Shown here piece after piece: positions 11,301-26,300 of a stretch of DNA of 64,000 bases. Every line of letters begins with the position of its first letter. The first letter of the stretch is position 1. The notes under the pieces were generated by a model. That model was given only the letters and a program-made list of their open reading frames with translations, made no database searches and was not told the DNA's origin. The stretch comes from Chiloscyllium plagiosum (Eukaryota): positions 5,381,781 to 5,445,780 of the forward strand of contig NC_057754.1 of the NCBI RefSeq assembly GCF_004010195.1, given 5' to 3'. The position numbers and the translations under genes are program-made.

Positions 11301-14300
11301 ATGAGATTAGATTAGATTCCCCTACAGTGTGGCAACAAGCCCTTCGGCCCAACCAGTCCACACTAACCCTCCGAAGAGTAACCCACCCAGATCCATTTCC
11401 CTCTGACTAATGCACCGAACGCTAGCACGCTTGCCTTCATTACTCAGACCTTTGAGTGGAGGAGTTGGGCCGTCATATTGAGGTTGTACAGGACATTGCT
11501 GAGGCCTCTTCGGGAGTACTGTGTCCCGTTCTGGTCCCCCTGTTATAGGAAGGATAGTATTAAGCTGGGGAGGGTTCAGAAAAGATTTACCAGGATGTTG
11601 CTGGAAATAGAGGGTTTGAGTTACAAGGAGAGGCCGAATAGGTTGGGAAGTTTTTTTCACCAGAGGTTGAGAGGTGACCGTATTGAGGTTTGTAAAATTA
11701 TGACGGGTATAGATAAGGTAGATGGCAGGTGTCTGTTCCCTTGGGTGTGGGATTTCAAGACCAAGGCGCATATTTTTAAGGTGAGAGGAGACAGATTTAA
11801 AAAAGACAACTTGGAGAGTTTTTTTTTATACAAGAGAGTTGTTTGTGTGTGGAATGAACTTAAACCTCAATTCTAAACCTAAAACTAGTCCCCTGTGCCT
11901 GCACTTGGCTCATATCCCTCCAAGCCTTTCCTATCCACTACATATCCAAACGTCTTTTAAATGTTCTAACTGTACCTACATCTATCACTTCTTCTGGAAG
12001 TTCATTCCACATACAAACTCCCCCAGTTGTCTTTTTTAAATCTCTCTCCTCTCGCCTTACAAATGTGTGCCTTCGTCTTGAAATCCCCCATCCTATCCAC
12101 TACATATCCTTCATAATTTTATAAACTTCAATAAGGTCACCTCTCAACCTTCCATGCTCCGGGGAAAAAAGTCCCAGCCTATTCAGCCTCTCCTTTTAAC
12201 TCAAGCATACCCGGCAACATCCTGGTAAATCTTTTCTGAACCCTCTCCAGTTTCATAACTTCCTCCCTATAACTGGACGACCAGAACTGGGCACAGTATT
12301 CCAGAAGAAGCCTCACCAATGACCTCAACATGACGTCCCAGCTCCCTAAACTCAAAGGTTTGAGAAATGAAGGCAAAAATGCGAAACACCTTCTTAACCT
12401 TCATATGTTGTGGATTCCTTGGGCACTGGGGTATGGGATTAATGTCAACAGCATATGGTTCAGTTTGCAACTCCAGATGGGTTGAATTTGGGAACTGCCT
12501 CCTTGCCCTTACCCGTGGAAGGTATCATCGTTGTTGTGGGTTGGGTAGGCAAGTGAAGAACCTAAAGGAAGTTCCTTAAATGTGCTCTGATGAGGCTCAT
12601 GATTTTCCAAATCAGTATTGGCAGAAGCTGCTCCGATTCGTTCAGTTTCTTCCACCTGTCTTTGTGCTTCTGCAGAGGTCGAATGGATCCCAACAAGATT
12701 TCGAACGCCTATTTCAATGCTGAGTGGTTTTCTTTACACCTTTGGTCAACTACACCTGGCTGGTTTAGCGTATGGAATCCAAGACTGGCGGTGGCTTCAG
12801 TTCACAGTGTCTCTACCTTACTTCATTTTCTTCCTTTACTCTTGGTACGTTCACATTCTACTGGTCTCCTTCACAGATTGCACCATCGATCAGTACATAC
12901 GAGGGAAAGGTTAGGAGAGGTGGTGGAACTCACTCTGGTAGGATTCTGGGTAATCCAAGATGGAGGACGGGAGAAAATTGTGGCTGTGGCAGCTGCTCCT
13001 TTTCTGAGGTATTTTCAGTGTTGCAGCTGATTTTCTCGAACGCTTGGAGCAGTAATTGCCTTTTTATAAGCTGTTGCGTTGTTTTGGAATGTTGTAAATA
13101 AAAAGAGATCAAACAGCGGCATTTTAAAATGGTGAGAAAGAGTGAGGGAGAGAGAGAACAGCTACCAGGTACCAAGAAAGATCAGTGAACCTTCATAGCG
13201 GTCTGACCAGGCAGTGATCCTTCACAGCTGACTGCCTCTGCTGTTAGTTTCAAGCATCTTTGGACATTGGAGTTCTTCTAAGAAAAATAAACAGACAACA
13301 AAATTCACAGTTGATCTTGGAGAAATCTTTGTGGGGGAGCTCAAGGTAGAGGAACAGCTAAATGTTTTTTTAAAAAGTGTAACTTATTGTTTTTTGTTTG
13401 TAAATCTATAATTGGGAGTAGAGAAGGTGTTTTTGATTATATGTTTTATTGAGGTAGAGTCATAGAGTTATAGAGATGTACAGCACGGAAACAGACCCTT
13501 TGGTCCAACCCGTCCATGCCGACCAGATATCCCAACCCAATCTAGTCCCACCTACCAGCACCCGGCCCATATCCCTCCAAACCCTTCCTATTCATATACC
13601 CGTCCAGATGCCTCTTAAATGTTGCAATTGTACCAGCTTCCACCACTTCCTCTGGCAGCTCATTCCATACTCATACCACCCTCTGCGTGAAAAAGTCCCT
13701 GTAGCTCAGATCCTCCAACCCTGGCAACATCCTTGTAAATCTTTTCTGAACCCTTTCAAGTTTCACAACATCTTTCCAATAGGAAGGAGACTAGAACTGC
13801 ACGCAATATTCCAAAAGTGGCCTAACCAATGTCCTGTACAGCCACAACATGACCTCCCAACTCCTGTACTCAATAATCTGACCAATAAAGGAAAGCATAC
13901 CAAACGCCTTCTTCACTATCCTATCTACCTGCGACTCCACTTTCAAGGGGCTATGAACCTGCACTCCAAGGTCTCTTTGTTCAGCAACACTCCCTAGGAC
14001 CTTACCATTCAGTGTATAAGTCCTGCTTTCCCAAAATGCAGCACCTCTGCATTTATCTGAATTAAAGTCCATCTGCCACTTCTCAGCTCATTGGTCCATC
14101 TGGTCAAGATCCTGTTGTATCTGTGTCTTGATTAAACTTTTTTTAACGTAAGTATTAAGTTATTCTAGGGCAGTGTTTTTAGAGCAGTAAGACTAGGCTA
14201 TTTTCTGGGTCTGTAGATTGTTAAAGTGCAAGACGGCCTTTAGTAGAGTGATGTGGGAGATTATGGAGAGTTTCCACGTTCCTGATGATTATGTCTGCAG

Positions 14301-17300
14301 GAAATGTCTTTGGTTGCAAATCCTATCAGATCACATGGATTGTTTGGAGCAGCAGCCAGAGGCAGTGAGGGATTTACATGAGCTGACGGGTATGATGGAT
14401 GGTACTTGCAGGAAGGTAGAAAAATCACAGATCCAGTCAGGTAGGTGGGTTTTCTTGAGGAAAGGTAAGAGAAGTAGGCAGGAGTCTCCTATGGCTATCC
14501 CTATCTCAAACAAGTACACAGGAACCTCAATTATCCAAACGAGATGGGCCGGCAGTATGTCACTCGCATAACTGATTATTCAGATAATCGATTTGACCTT
14601 AAACAAGGGAAGCCATACTGATCTAATGCTGGAGAGTTTGTTTAAATCTATAATTTTGAGGAGTTTGCTATTTAAACAATCTAATCTTTGTGTTCTGCAA
14701 ATTGCAGGTTACACTGAGAAGGGCTAAACCCTTACCATCACATAAATATATGAAATCTCAGCATTAAGCAAGGTCCCGAACAGCTTCTACAATTGCAAGA
14801 GCATTTGTCAGTTTCTGCTGAACTCAGTGTCGCGATAGAAAGACATAAGTGCCACCTTGCGCATGTGTTTACTTTCCCTGTCATTTTTTTCATGAATGGT
14901 CCAGTAAAGTGACAGGAATAAAGCACTTACTTTTGCAAAGGGCTGTGTAACTAACCTTTACGTCAGAAATATCCAGTCGCTGATGCTTGTGGTGCTTGTG
15001 TACTTTTGATTTTTTGCCAGTGTTTTCACACGTTCTTCAGTACAGGTTGTCCAAATTCACTTTGATGTAATGTTTTTAACGGGGACCTTGAGATCTTGTT
15101 TGGATAATCCGAAATTCGGATTATCGGATAATCAAGGTACTACTGTATGCTGTTTTGGAAAATGTAGGGAATGATGGACTCTCAGGGGAATGTAGCACTG
15201 ATACCCAGGTTTCTGGTAGTGACACTGATGCTACATAATGAGGGGCATGTCAGGAGCAAGTGACTGATTGTGATAGCGGACTCTCTAGTCAGAGGTACTG
15301 ACATTTCTGCAGCTGACAATGAGGCATCAGAATGGTGTGTTACCTCCTGATGCCAGCATAAAGGGAACGTCAGAGAGGGCGCGGAGGGGAGAGAGACCAG
15401 CAGGAGATCGTTTACACATTAGGATTAATGACATGAGAAGAGGAAAGGACGAGATTCTGAAGAGAGAATATAAGAAATTGGGCAGGAATTTAAAAAGGAG
15501 GTCCTCGAGATTAGGAAGAACTGATTACTCCCGGTGCCATGAGGGTAGAAATAGGAGGTTGGAGCAGATGAAAGTGTGGCTGAGGAGCTGGTGCAGGGGA
15601 GAAGGATTCACATTTTTGGATCGTTGGAATCTCTTCCCAGACCTGTATAAGAAGGACAGGATTGGAAGGGGATTAATATACTGCTGGGGGATTTGCTATA
15701 ACTGCTCGGGGGGATTTAAACCAGTATGGAGAGAGTGGGATGGGGAGGCCAGAGACATAGTGAGAAAAGAGATCAGTCTGAGGCTGGTACATTTGGGAAA
15801 AGGAGGTAAAATTGATAAATTAAACTGCATTTATTTCAATGCAAGAGGGCTGATAGGTAAGGCAGGGCATGGTTGGGAACATGGGACTGGGACATCATAG
15901 CGATTAGAGACGTGGCTCAGGGATGGACAGGACTGGCAGTTTAATGTTCCAGGGTATAGATGGATAGATAGGCAGGAAAGGAGAAGGAGTGCTTTTTCTG
16001 ATTAGGGTTAACAATACGGCGAGTACTTAGGGAGGATATTCCTGGGAATATGTCCAGAGAAGTTATTTGGGTGGAACTGACAAGTAAGAAAGGGTGATCA
16101 CCTTATTGAGATTGCACTATAGCTCCCCCCTCCCACCCCCACCCCCCAATAGTCAGCGGGAAATTGAGAAGCAAATTTGTAAGGAGTTCTCAGCTATCAG
16201 GAAGAATAATATGTGGTAATGGTAGGGGCTTTTAATTTTCCAAACATAGACTGGGACTGGCCTAGTGTTAAGGGCTTGGGTGGGGAGCAATTTCTTTTGT
16301 GTGTAAAACGTTTCTGATCCAGTAAGTGGATGTACCTACTAGAGAAGATGCAAAACTTGACCCACTCTTGGGAAATAACGCAGTGGAGGGAGCACTTTAG
16401 GGCCAGTGATCATAATTCTATTAGTCTTAAAATTGTTATTGGAAAGGATAGACCCGATCTAAAAGTTAAAGTTCTAAATTGGAGAAGGGCCAATTTTGAT
16501 GGTGTTAGCCAAGAACCTTCAAGAGCTGACTGGGGGGGGGGGTGCGGATATTCGCACATAAAGGGACAGTTGGAAAATGGGATAACAAGAGTCCAAAGAC
16601 AGTATGTTCCTGTTAGGGTGAAGAGCAAGGCTGGAAGGTGTAGGGAATGCTGGACGACGAGAGAAATTGAGGTATTGATCCAGGGAAAGAAGGAAGCATA
16701 TGTCAGGCATATATCAAGTGAATCCCTGGATGAGTACAAGGGAATATACTTAAAAGGGAAATCAGTAGGGCAAAAAGAGGACATGAGATAGCTATGGCAA
16801 ATAGGGTTAAGGAGAATCCAAAGGTCATTAAGGACAAAAGGGGAACTAAGGAGAGAATAGGGACCCTTAAAGATCAGGGTTGGAGGGATTGAGCTATGGG
16901 GAGATGCCTGGAGTTTTGGAGGCTGAGGGATGGACCTTCTAGAGATTTATAAAATCATGAGGGGCATGGATCGGGTGTATAGCCAAGGTCTTTTTTCCCA
17001 GGGTAAGGGAGTCCAAAACTAAAGGGCATAGGTTTAGGGTGAGAGGGGAAAGATTTAAAAGGGACCAAAGGGGGCAACATTTTCACGTAGAGGGTGGCGC
17101 GTGCATGGAATGAGCTGCCAGAGGAAGTGGTAGATGCAACATTTAAAAGGCATCTGGATGGGTACATGAATTGGAAGAGTTTAGAGGGATATGGGCCAAT
17201 CTCTGGCAAATGGGAATAGATTGATTTAGAATATCTAATTGGCATGGACGAGTTGGACCAAAGGGTCTGTTTCTGCGCAGTACAGCTCCGTGACTCTATG

Positions 17301-20300
17301 ACTCTTTGAGCTTGTTAGAGAGGTTAGGCAAGATGATTAAACAAACTAGTTAGTTAGAAAGGTTAGAAGAGATGGTTGAATTAAATAGTTAGACAAGTTA
17401 GACGAGATGGTGCGACTAACAAGCTAGTTAAGAAGGTTTGAGGGATGATGGAACTAACATTTATTGCCAATCCCTAGTTGCCCAGAGGACCAGTTAAGAG
17501 TCTACCACATGGCTGTGGGTCTGGAAACATATGTAGGCTAGACCAGGTAAAAGGGGAGCAGACTTCCTTCCTTAAAGAACATTAGTCAACCAGGTGAACT
17601 TTTCCAACAATTGACACTTAATTACATGGTCCTCATTAGACCAACTCGTTTGTTTTTTAAATTCAAGATTTTAAATTGAACTCAAATCTCACCATGGCAG
17701 GATTACGGGCCCATGTCGCCAGAACATTAGCCTTTCTCGGTCGCATTTACGTTTTAGTTTTCTTCTTTCACTGCTCTCTTTCCTTTCTTTAACGTACTTG
17801 CTTTCTGTGGAGAGCGGGTTTGTGCAAGGCAGAGGAGAGCGAGCCATCATGGGGAGAATGAGTCCAACATGATGGTGAGAGCAGGCACTCCCAGGTCTCC
17901 TGGAGAGTGAGTCAAAATGGAGGAGCTTAAGGTCATACAGGGAGTGCAAGCTCAGCATGACTCAGCACTTCAGAAAAACTTTTGAACTTTTAACTTTATT
18001 TCTTTTTTTTTCTACTTAATGCTAAGATAGCTGTGAAGTCTAACTTTTAACTTCTTTATCTTTCTACTTTATACTAAGAGGGACTGTAATGTTTAACCTT
18101 TTACTGTTTTTCTACTTTGTACCCAAGATTTTGCACCTAGGTACTTTTGTGCCTAAGATAATGCTGGGAATGGCTACGTTGTATACTTTTCGCTGTACTC
18201 CTGTACCTGAGTACACGTGACAATAAAATCTAATCCCCATTCAACGTCCTATTCATGTTTACGTCCAAAATGGGGTACTTACAAAAGCTTAATGTGTAGT
18301 TGTTATCTGAACAACTACTCAGTTAGCAAGTAACCCCGTGTAAAGGAAGAGAATTGTGAAAATAGGATGTGGTATTGAGAATTTATCCTTCTTTTCCATC
18401 TCTGTGCTGTGGCACCCTCCTAAATGATCTGAAGTTGCCTGAGCGATTTTTTTTTCCCCACTGTTGCGATAATAACCCCTATGTATGTGTGTGTGTGGTC
18501 GTTCTCAAAAGGTGGTTCCCGGAGTCTGCTCGCTGGCTCATTCTGAACGACAAGGCTGATGTCGCTCTGAAACAGCTCAGGAGAGTGGCAAAAATGAATG
18601 GCAAGGAGGAGGAGGGGGAAAAACTCACTATCGAAGTAAGTGATGGTCTTAAAAGTGTGCGTTTTACACTGAAACTCACCCCAGCTTGGTTCCATCACTG
18701 AACCGATGGTCTTTACCCTAATCTTGCAGAGACATATTGTTAGGGCAGCCCGTCCTGATGAAGGGCTTATGCCCGAAATGTCAATTCTCCTGCTCCTCAG
18801 ATGCTGCCAGACCCGCTGTGCTTTTCCAGCACCACACTTGACAAATTGTTCCAAACCTTGGAATGGAGCCAACATCATCAAAGACTCCTTCCACCTCCAA
18901 ATGTAATCTCTTCCAACCTCTTCTGTCAGGCAGCACATACAAAAGTTTAAACACGTGTCCCAACAGATTCAAGAACAGCTTCTTCCCTGCTGTTATCAGA
19001 CTCCTGAGTGGACTTCTCAAATTTCAAACTCATGTTGATCTCGCTGTCTGTGCACCTTCTCTGGAGCCATAACATTGTATTCCTTGCTCTGTTCTATCAC
19101 CCTAATGCGCTTTGTATGGTATGATCTGCCTGTACTGCACGCTCAAAACAAAACTGTCCCTCGGTACGTGTGACAATAATAAATCAAATCAAATCAAAAT
19201 ATATTAACACAGCCTAGATCCTAACGTTTCTTTATTTTAACAGTAAGTGTAAGATGTTGTGTTCCAGATGCAATTCAATTGGTCAAACTTCTCGACTTTA
19301 ACACTTTACTTTTACACTACAGTTAAAATACAGGCAAAATAAAACTCAAAAGAAAAGAATCAGCTTAATTGTAACTATTGAAATGCTTAACAAAATAATA
19401 TATATATATAAAAACTACTAATTAACTGTTCCAACTGAGTAACGTCCCATAAACACACCCTTGGCAAAGGCAAGTTTAGTAAAATAGATTGTCTCACAGG
19501 CAATTCAAGCAGCAAAAACAGAACCCCAGCTTCTCACTGTAACACATAGAGGAAGAAGAGCTTCCACATCCAGCTTCAAGACCCCAGCAACTGCTACTGA
19601 AAACTAGAACTAAAAACCCTGGTTCTGTGGGAGCTTGACCCCACCCATCCAGGCTGCTTCTATTGTTCCAACATTTAAAATCAAGCCCCCAGGCCTCACA
19701 AGCTGCTTGCTTCATTGGTTTTGAGCAGACTGCTTGTCTCAATCTTTCTTCATTACAAAAAAAAAAGAGGACAAAATAGACCTCGTGAAGTCACGCGATA
19801 TTATTGCAATATTTCAGTTGTTTGACATTCTTAGGATCCTGTTAGAAGATATCGCACCTCAATGTTTCAGAGTAGCAAACAGAAATGGCGGGAGATTGAA
19901 GAGGTTAGTTGGGTTCGAAGGCTTCGCTTCAGACCAGCTTGCTCTGGTGTACACTTGGAAGAAACTGGCAGCCTTCCAGCCATGCTGGTGCCATCCAACT
20001 AGGGAGGAGAGATGGTATTTTACATCCGCTACCCTCAGACTAACCTTATCTTCTCCCGCACTCACTCATGTTGGTGGCTCTCTATACACTGAACTTCAGT
20101 TTCATGTCCATGGTTTTGTCATCACCCTTGTTTGTTGTAATACACCTTAAAGAGCACTAAGCTACGGAGCGTTTATGTCATAGAGTCATACAGCACAGAA
20201 ACAGACCCTTCATTCCAACTAGTCCATGCCGAACATAATCCCAAACAAACCGAGTCCCACCTGCCTGCGCTTGGCCCATGTCCCTCCAAACCCTTTCCTA

Positions 20301-23300
20301 TTCATGTCCTTATCCAAATGTCTTTTAAATGTTGTAACTGTATTCGCATCCACCACTTCCTCAGGAAGTTCATTCCGCACGTGGACCACCCTCTATGTAA
20401 AACACAATTGCTCCTCGTGTCTTTTTTAAATGTTTCTCCTCTCACCTTAAAAATGTGCCCCCCCCCCCAGTCTTGAAATCCCCCACCCAAGGGAAAAGAC
20501 GTCAAGCATTAACCCTATCTATACCCCTCATGATGTTATACACGTCGATAAGGTCACCTCTGAACTGCCTACACTCCAGTGAAAAAGGACCCAGCCTTTC
20601 TTTATAACACAAACTTGTAGGAGAAGGGGACACACATTTTAATGACATTATGTCATAGCCTTGGGTGTGTGTTTCACAGATTCTGAAGTCAAATATGGAA
20701 AGTGAACAGTTGGTCAACAACAACAGGCGCAGTGTGTTAGATCTGTTCCGGACTCCTGTCATGCGCAAGATAGCCTGCTGTACCATGCTTGTTTGGTAAG
20801 TTGTTGGGAAATATTTGTTTGCTTTTCAAACGTATGGCAGCAAATGTGGATCATGATTTTTCCTTAACTAGGAGACGATGGCTGAAAATTGGCAGATGGA
20901 ATTAAATCTGGATAAATACGAAGTGTTACATTTTGGTACACGGCTGGGGCTTATACAATTAATGGTTGGATTTTGGGGATGGTTGTAAAACAGAGGGACC
21001 TAGGGTTTCAGGTGCATAATTCCTTGAAGTTTGCATCACAGGGTGGTTAAGAAGGCAACTCGCACGCTTGCCTTCATTGCTTGGGAGTACAGGAGTTGGG
21101 ACGTCATGGTGGGGTTGTACAGGACATTGGTGAGGCCTCGTCTGGATTACTGTGTCCAGTTCTGGTCACCCAGTTACGGGAAGGATATTATGAAGCTAGA
21201 GAGGGTTCAGAAGAGATCTACCAGGATGTTGCCGAGAATGGAGGGTTTGAATTATAAAGAAAGGCTGAAACATCTTATACTGGAACATAGGAAGTTGAGA
21301 GGAGACCATATAAAACTTTATAACAGTCATGGGAGCTATAGATAGAGTTAACAGTAGTTGTCTTTTCCCTAGGGTGGGGGAATTTCAAGACTCGGACATA
21401 TTTTTAAGGTGAGAGGAGAGAGATTTATAAAATATATGGGAGCAAATATTTTTAACAGAAGATGGTTCCACATGTGGAATGAACTTCCAGAGGAAGTGGT
21501 GGATGTGGGTACAGTTACAACGTTTAAAAGACATTTGGATAAGGACATGAACAGGAAAGGGTTTGGATGGATATGGGCCAGGACCAGGCAGGAGGGACTA
21601 GTTTAGTTCAGCGGTTTTGTTCAGAATGGACCGGTTGGACAACATGGTGTGTTTCCGTGCTGTATGACTCTGTGAGCAGGAGATGCCGATGGGCATTATG
21701 TAGCAGGGAAACACTGTTATACTCAATGAGTCGTCAATGTTGATTACAGATTCAGGAATCTAAAATAAGGCTTGACTGCATGAACTCCTGATTCCAAGGA
21801 GTAGGTTTCAGTGGTCTTATACTCAGAAACCAATATTTGCTCATTTGAGACTTTAGCCAACAAGACAACAGGAGACAGAAAAGTGCAGAAACTAAGGAAA
21901 CTTTGCTGAGACTATAATTAATACCTATTAAAACATGGCAGCAACGTTATGGGCACACTTTGGATCTTGCTTCCTGGTTCAGTTCGAAGAGTAGAGTCAC
22001 AGCATCTTGGAGATGTATAGCATTGGAACAGACGCCTTTCATTTGACAGCATTTGGAGATGTATAGCATTGGAACAGACGCCTTTCATTTGACAGCATCT
22101 AAACCCTTCCTATTCACATACCCATCCAGATGCCTTTTAAATGTTGTCATTGAACCAGCCTCCACCACTTCCTCTGGCAGCTCATTCCACACACACACCA
22201 CCCTCTGCGTGAAAAAGTTGCCCCTTAGGTCTGTGTTTAAATCTTTCCCCTCTCACCCTAAACCTATGCCCTCTAGTTTTGGACTCCCTGGGGAAAAAGA
22301 CCTTGGCTATTCACCCTAACCATGACCCTCATAATTTTATAAACCTCTATAAGGTCACTCCTCAGTCTCCGACACTCCAGGGAAAACAGTCTCAGCTTAT
22401 TCAGCCCCTCCTGATAGCTCAATCCCTCCAACCGTGGCAACATCATCATAACTTCCAGGTGGCTCAGTGGTTAACACTGCTGCCTTACTGCACTAGAGAC
22501 CCCGGATCGATCCCAGCCTCGGGTGACTGTCTGAGTGGAGTTTAGACATTTTCCTCGTGTTCTGTGTTTCCTCCCGCAGGCCAGGTGAATTGGCCATGCT
22601 AAATTGCCCATGGTGTAAGATGCATTAGTCAGAGGGGAATGGGTCTGGGTGGGTTACTCTTCCAAGGGTCGGTATATACTTGTTGGGCCGAAGGGCATGT
22701 TTCCACGCTGTAGGGTATCTAATCTAAATGTTTTCTGTACCTTTTCAAGTTTCACAATACTCTTCTTATAGCAAGGTAACCAGAATTGAACGCAGTATTC
22801 CAAAAGTGGCCTAACCAATGTCCTGTACAGCCACAACATGACCTCCCAGCTCTTATCCTCCATGCACTGACCAATAAAGGCAAGGCTACCAAACTCTGAC
22901 TACCTATGTCATGATGTTGGAGTACTAAAGTCCAGGTTGGCTACTGTTAAACAGAAAACTATAATATTAGATTGATCTATAAATTATTACCTTAAATGTG
23001 TGATTATAACTAAACTGAAATCAACCATGAGACATTATTTAGTTCCCTACTCATCCTTCAGAGGTGAGGATGTCACTACTGAACCAAGGCTGGCCTGTCA
23101 TTGGGTAATAACAGAATACCAGACAGTTACTGCCGGTCTGTAAATGTGGTCATGGGGGAGCCAGTCCTTCAGGTCATGAGCAGAGAAGCCATGATTGTGG
23201 AAGTGCCAGGGTTGGACTGGGGTGGACAAAGTCAGAAGTCACACAACATCAGTTTATAGTCCAACAGGTTTATTTGAAATCACAAGGTTTCAAACACGCT

Positions 23301-26300
23301 GAATAGGTTGGGGCTGCTCCTTCGTCAGGTGAAGTGGTACATGACGGCCTCATAATGTTACGACTAGACCGTTAATCCAGGGAGGAAATGAGGACTGCAG
23401 ATGCTGGAGATCAGAGTCAAAAAGGTGTGGTGCTGGAAAAGCACAGCCAGTCAGCCAGCATTCAAGGAGCAGGAGAGTCGACGTTTCGGGCATACGCTCT
23501 TCATCAGGAATTCCTGATGAAGAGCTTACCCTCGAAATGTTGACTCCCGCTCCTCAGATGCTGCCTGAGTGGCTGTGCTTTTCCAGCACCACACTTTTTG
23601 ACTGTTAATCCAGAGATCCAGTAAATGGTTCCGAGGACCTGGGTTCAAATCCAGCCGTGGTCAACGGTTGAATTTAATTCAATAAAAGTGTGTGGAATCA
23701 GAGGGCAGTCAAGAATCAGCCATGTTGCTATGGTCTGGAGTCACACGTGGGCCAGGTAAGGATGGCAGTTTCCTTCCCTAAAGGACATTAGTGAACCAGA
23801 TGGGTTTTTACAGCAATTGGCAGTGGATTCACAGTCATCATTAGACTCTTAATTCCAGATTTTTTATTGAATTCAACGTGCACTATCTGCTGTGGTGGGA
23901 TTCAAACCCAGGTGCCCAGAACGTTACCTGGGTCTCAGAACTAACAGTCGAGCGATAATTCCACTCAGCCATTTCCTCTCCTGAGACAGGCTTCTCACTG
24001 AGAACGAGAATCAGAAGGTTTATTCACAAAGCAACACCCTTAATGGATTACAAATTAAAGATGCGACTAGGCAATCACATGGCAAGGTGTTACACAGATA
24101 TCAAAGGATCCCTACAGTGTGGAAACAGGTCATTTGGCCCAACAAGTCCACACTAAACCTTCGAAGACCATCCCACCCTATCCCTGCAACCCCAACACAT
24201 CCCATGGCTAATCCACCTAGACTGCACATTCCTTGGACACTATGGGATAATTTAGCATGGCCAATCCACCCTAACCTGCACATTCTGGCTATTGAGGGAG
24301 TGCAGTGTAGGTTCACGAGGTCAATTCCTGGAATGGTGGGACTATCTTATGTTGAAAGATTGGAGCGACTGGGCTTGTATACTCTTGAGTTTAGAAGACT
24401 GAGAGGGGATCTGATTGAGACATATAAGATTATTAAAGGATTGGACACTCTGGAGGCAGGAAACATGTTTCCGCTGATGGGTGAGTGCCGAACCAGAGGA
24501 CACAGCTTAAAAATAAGGGGTAGGCAATTTAGGACAGAGTCATGGAGAAACTTCTTCACCCAGAGAGTGGTGGGTGTGTGGAATGCTCTGCCCCAGAAGG
24601 CAGTGGAGGCCCAGTCTCTGGATTCGTTTAAGAAATAGTTGGACAGAGCTCTCAAGGATAGTGGAATCAAGGGTTATGGAGATAAGGCAGGAACAGGATA
24701 CTGATTAAGGATGATCAGCCATGATCATGATGAATGGTGGTGCAGGCTCGAAGGGCAGAATGGCCTACTCCTACACCTATTGTCTATTGTCTATCTTTGG
24801 ACTGCGGGAGGAAACCGGAGCACCCGGAGGAAACGCACACAGACACGGGGAGAACATGCAAACTTCACACAGACAGTCACCCGAGGCTGGAATTAAACCC
24901 AGGTTCCCGGTGCTGTGAGGCAGCAGTGCTAACCAATGAGCCACCGTGCTGCTCTCTTAAAGGTACATGCTTGCCTGCTCATAGACACACGCATCACAGT
25001 GTGGTACGGCAACGGCTCTGCCTAAGACTGCAAGAAACTACAAAGAGTTGTGAACATAGCCCAGTCTATCCTGAAAACCAGCCTCCCTTCCAGTGAATCT
25101 CTAGAGTCTTTTCCCGAGGTTGGGGGGCTTTCAAGACTAGGGGCATATATTTTTAAAGGTGAGAGGAGAAAAATTTCAGAAGGATATAAGAGGCAACTTG
25201 TTTACACAGCAGGTGGTTCATACATCGTATGAACTTCCTGAGGAAGTTGTGGATGTGGGTAGAGTTACACCGTTTAAAAGACATTTGGATAAGTACATGG
25301 ATAGGAAAGGGTTTGGAGGGATATGGACCAGGAGCAGGCAGGTGGGATTAGTTTATGGTCGGCATGGACTGGTTGGACCAAAGGGTCTGTTTCCATGACG
25401 TATAACTCTATTCCATGCATAGTGACTGGCATCAGCACGCTATCACAGCACTGACGTCCGATCCCAAAAGTCGCTGTTGCAAGCACATCGGAGGCAATTA
25501 TCAGTAAGGAAAATTAAAGGGAATGCTGATCCTTCTCTTTGCTGTTGTAGGTTTTCGACCAGTTTTGCCTATTACGGGTTGGCGATAGACCTGCAAGGAT
25601 TTGGAGTTGATATTTACCTCATCCAGCTGATTTTCGGAGCTGTAGACATCCCAGCGAAACTGCTTGCATTTCTCTTCATGAGCCTGATCGGAAGAAGGTT
25701 CACACAAGCCACTTCACTTATCCTGGCAGGGAGCTTTAACCTGGTGAACATCTTTGTCCCAAAAGGTAAGGGTTAATAGTCACAGAACTTGGTCAATTTT
25801 TACCCCAGTTGAGAAATGTTCCACCCCCAGAGGGATGTTCCACAGGTAAGATGTAAGAACTTACGATTGAAGATGCTATAGCAATGGCATGTTGATGAGT
25901 AAAAGGTCATTGGGCAGAGTCTACATGGTTTAGAGAAAGGACAATCATGTTTAGTGAACAATTTATTGAAGTTCTTAATGAAGTAATGTGCATTGTGCAT
26001 AATGGGGAATCAGTGGATTTATGTTTTTAGTTACTCATTAGTGGGATGTGGGTGTCACAGGTTGGGCCCGGCATTTCTTGCCCCTTGAGAAGGTGGTGTT
26101 GAGCTGCCTTCTTGAACTGCTGCAGTCCACCTGTTGTAGGTTGACCCACAATGCCCTTAGAGAGGGAATTCCAGAATTTTGACTCAGCGACAGTGAAGGA
26201 ATGGCTGATATATTTCTAATTCTGGATCAGTGGTGCTGGAAGAGCACAGCAATTCAGGCAGCATCCGAGGACAGGCATAATCGACGTTTCGGGCAAAAGC

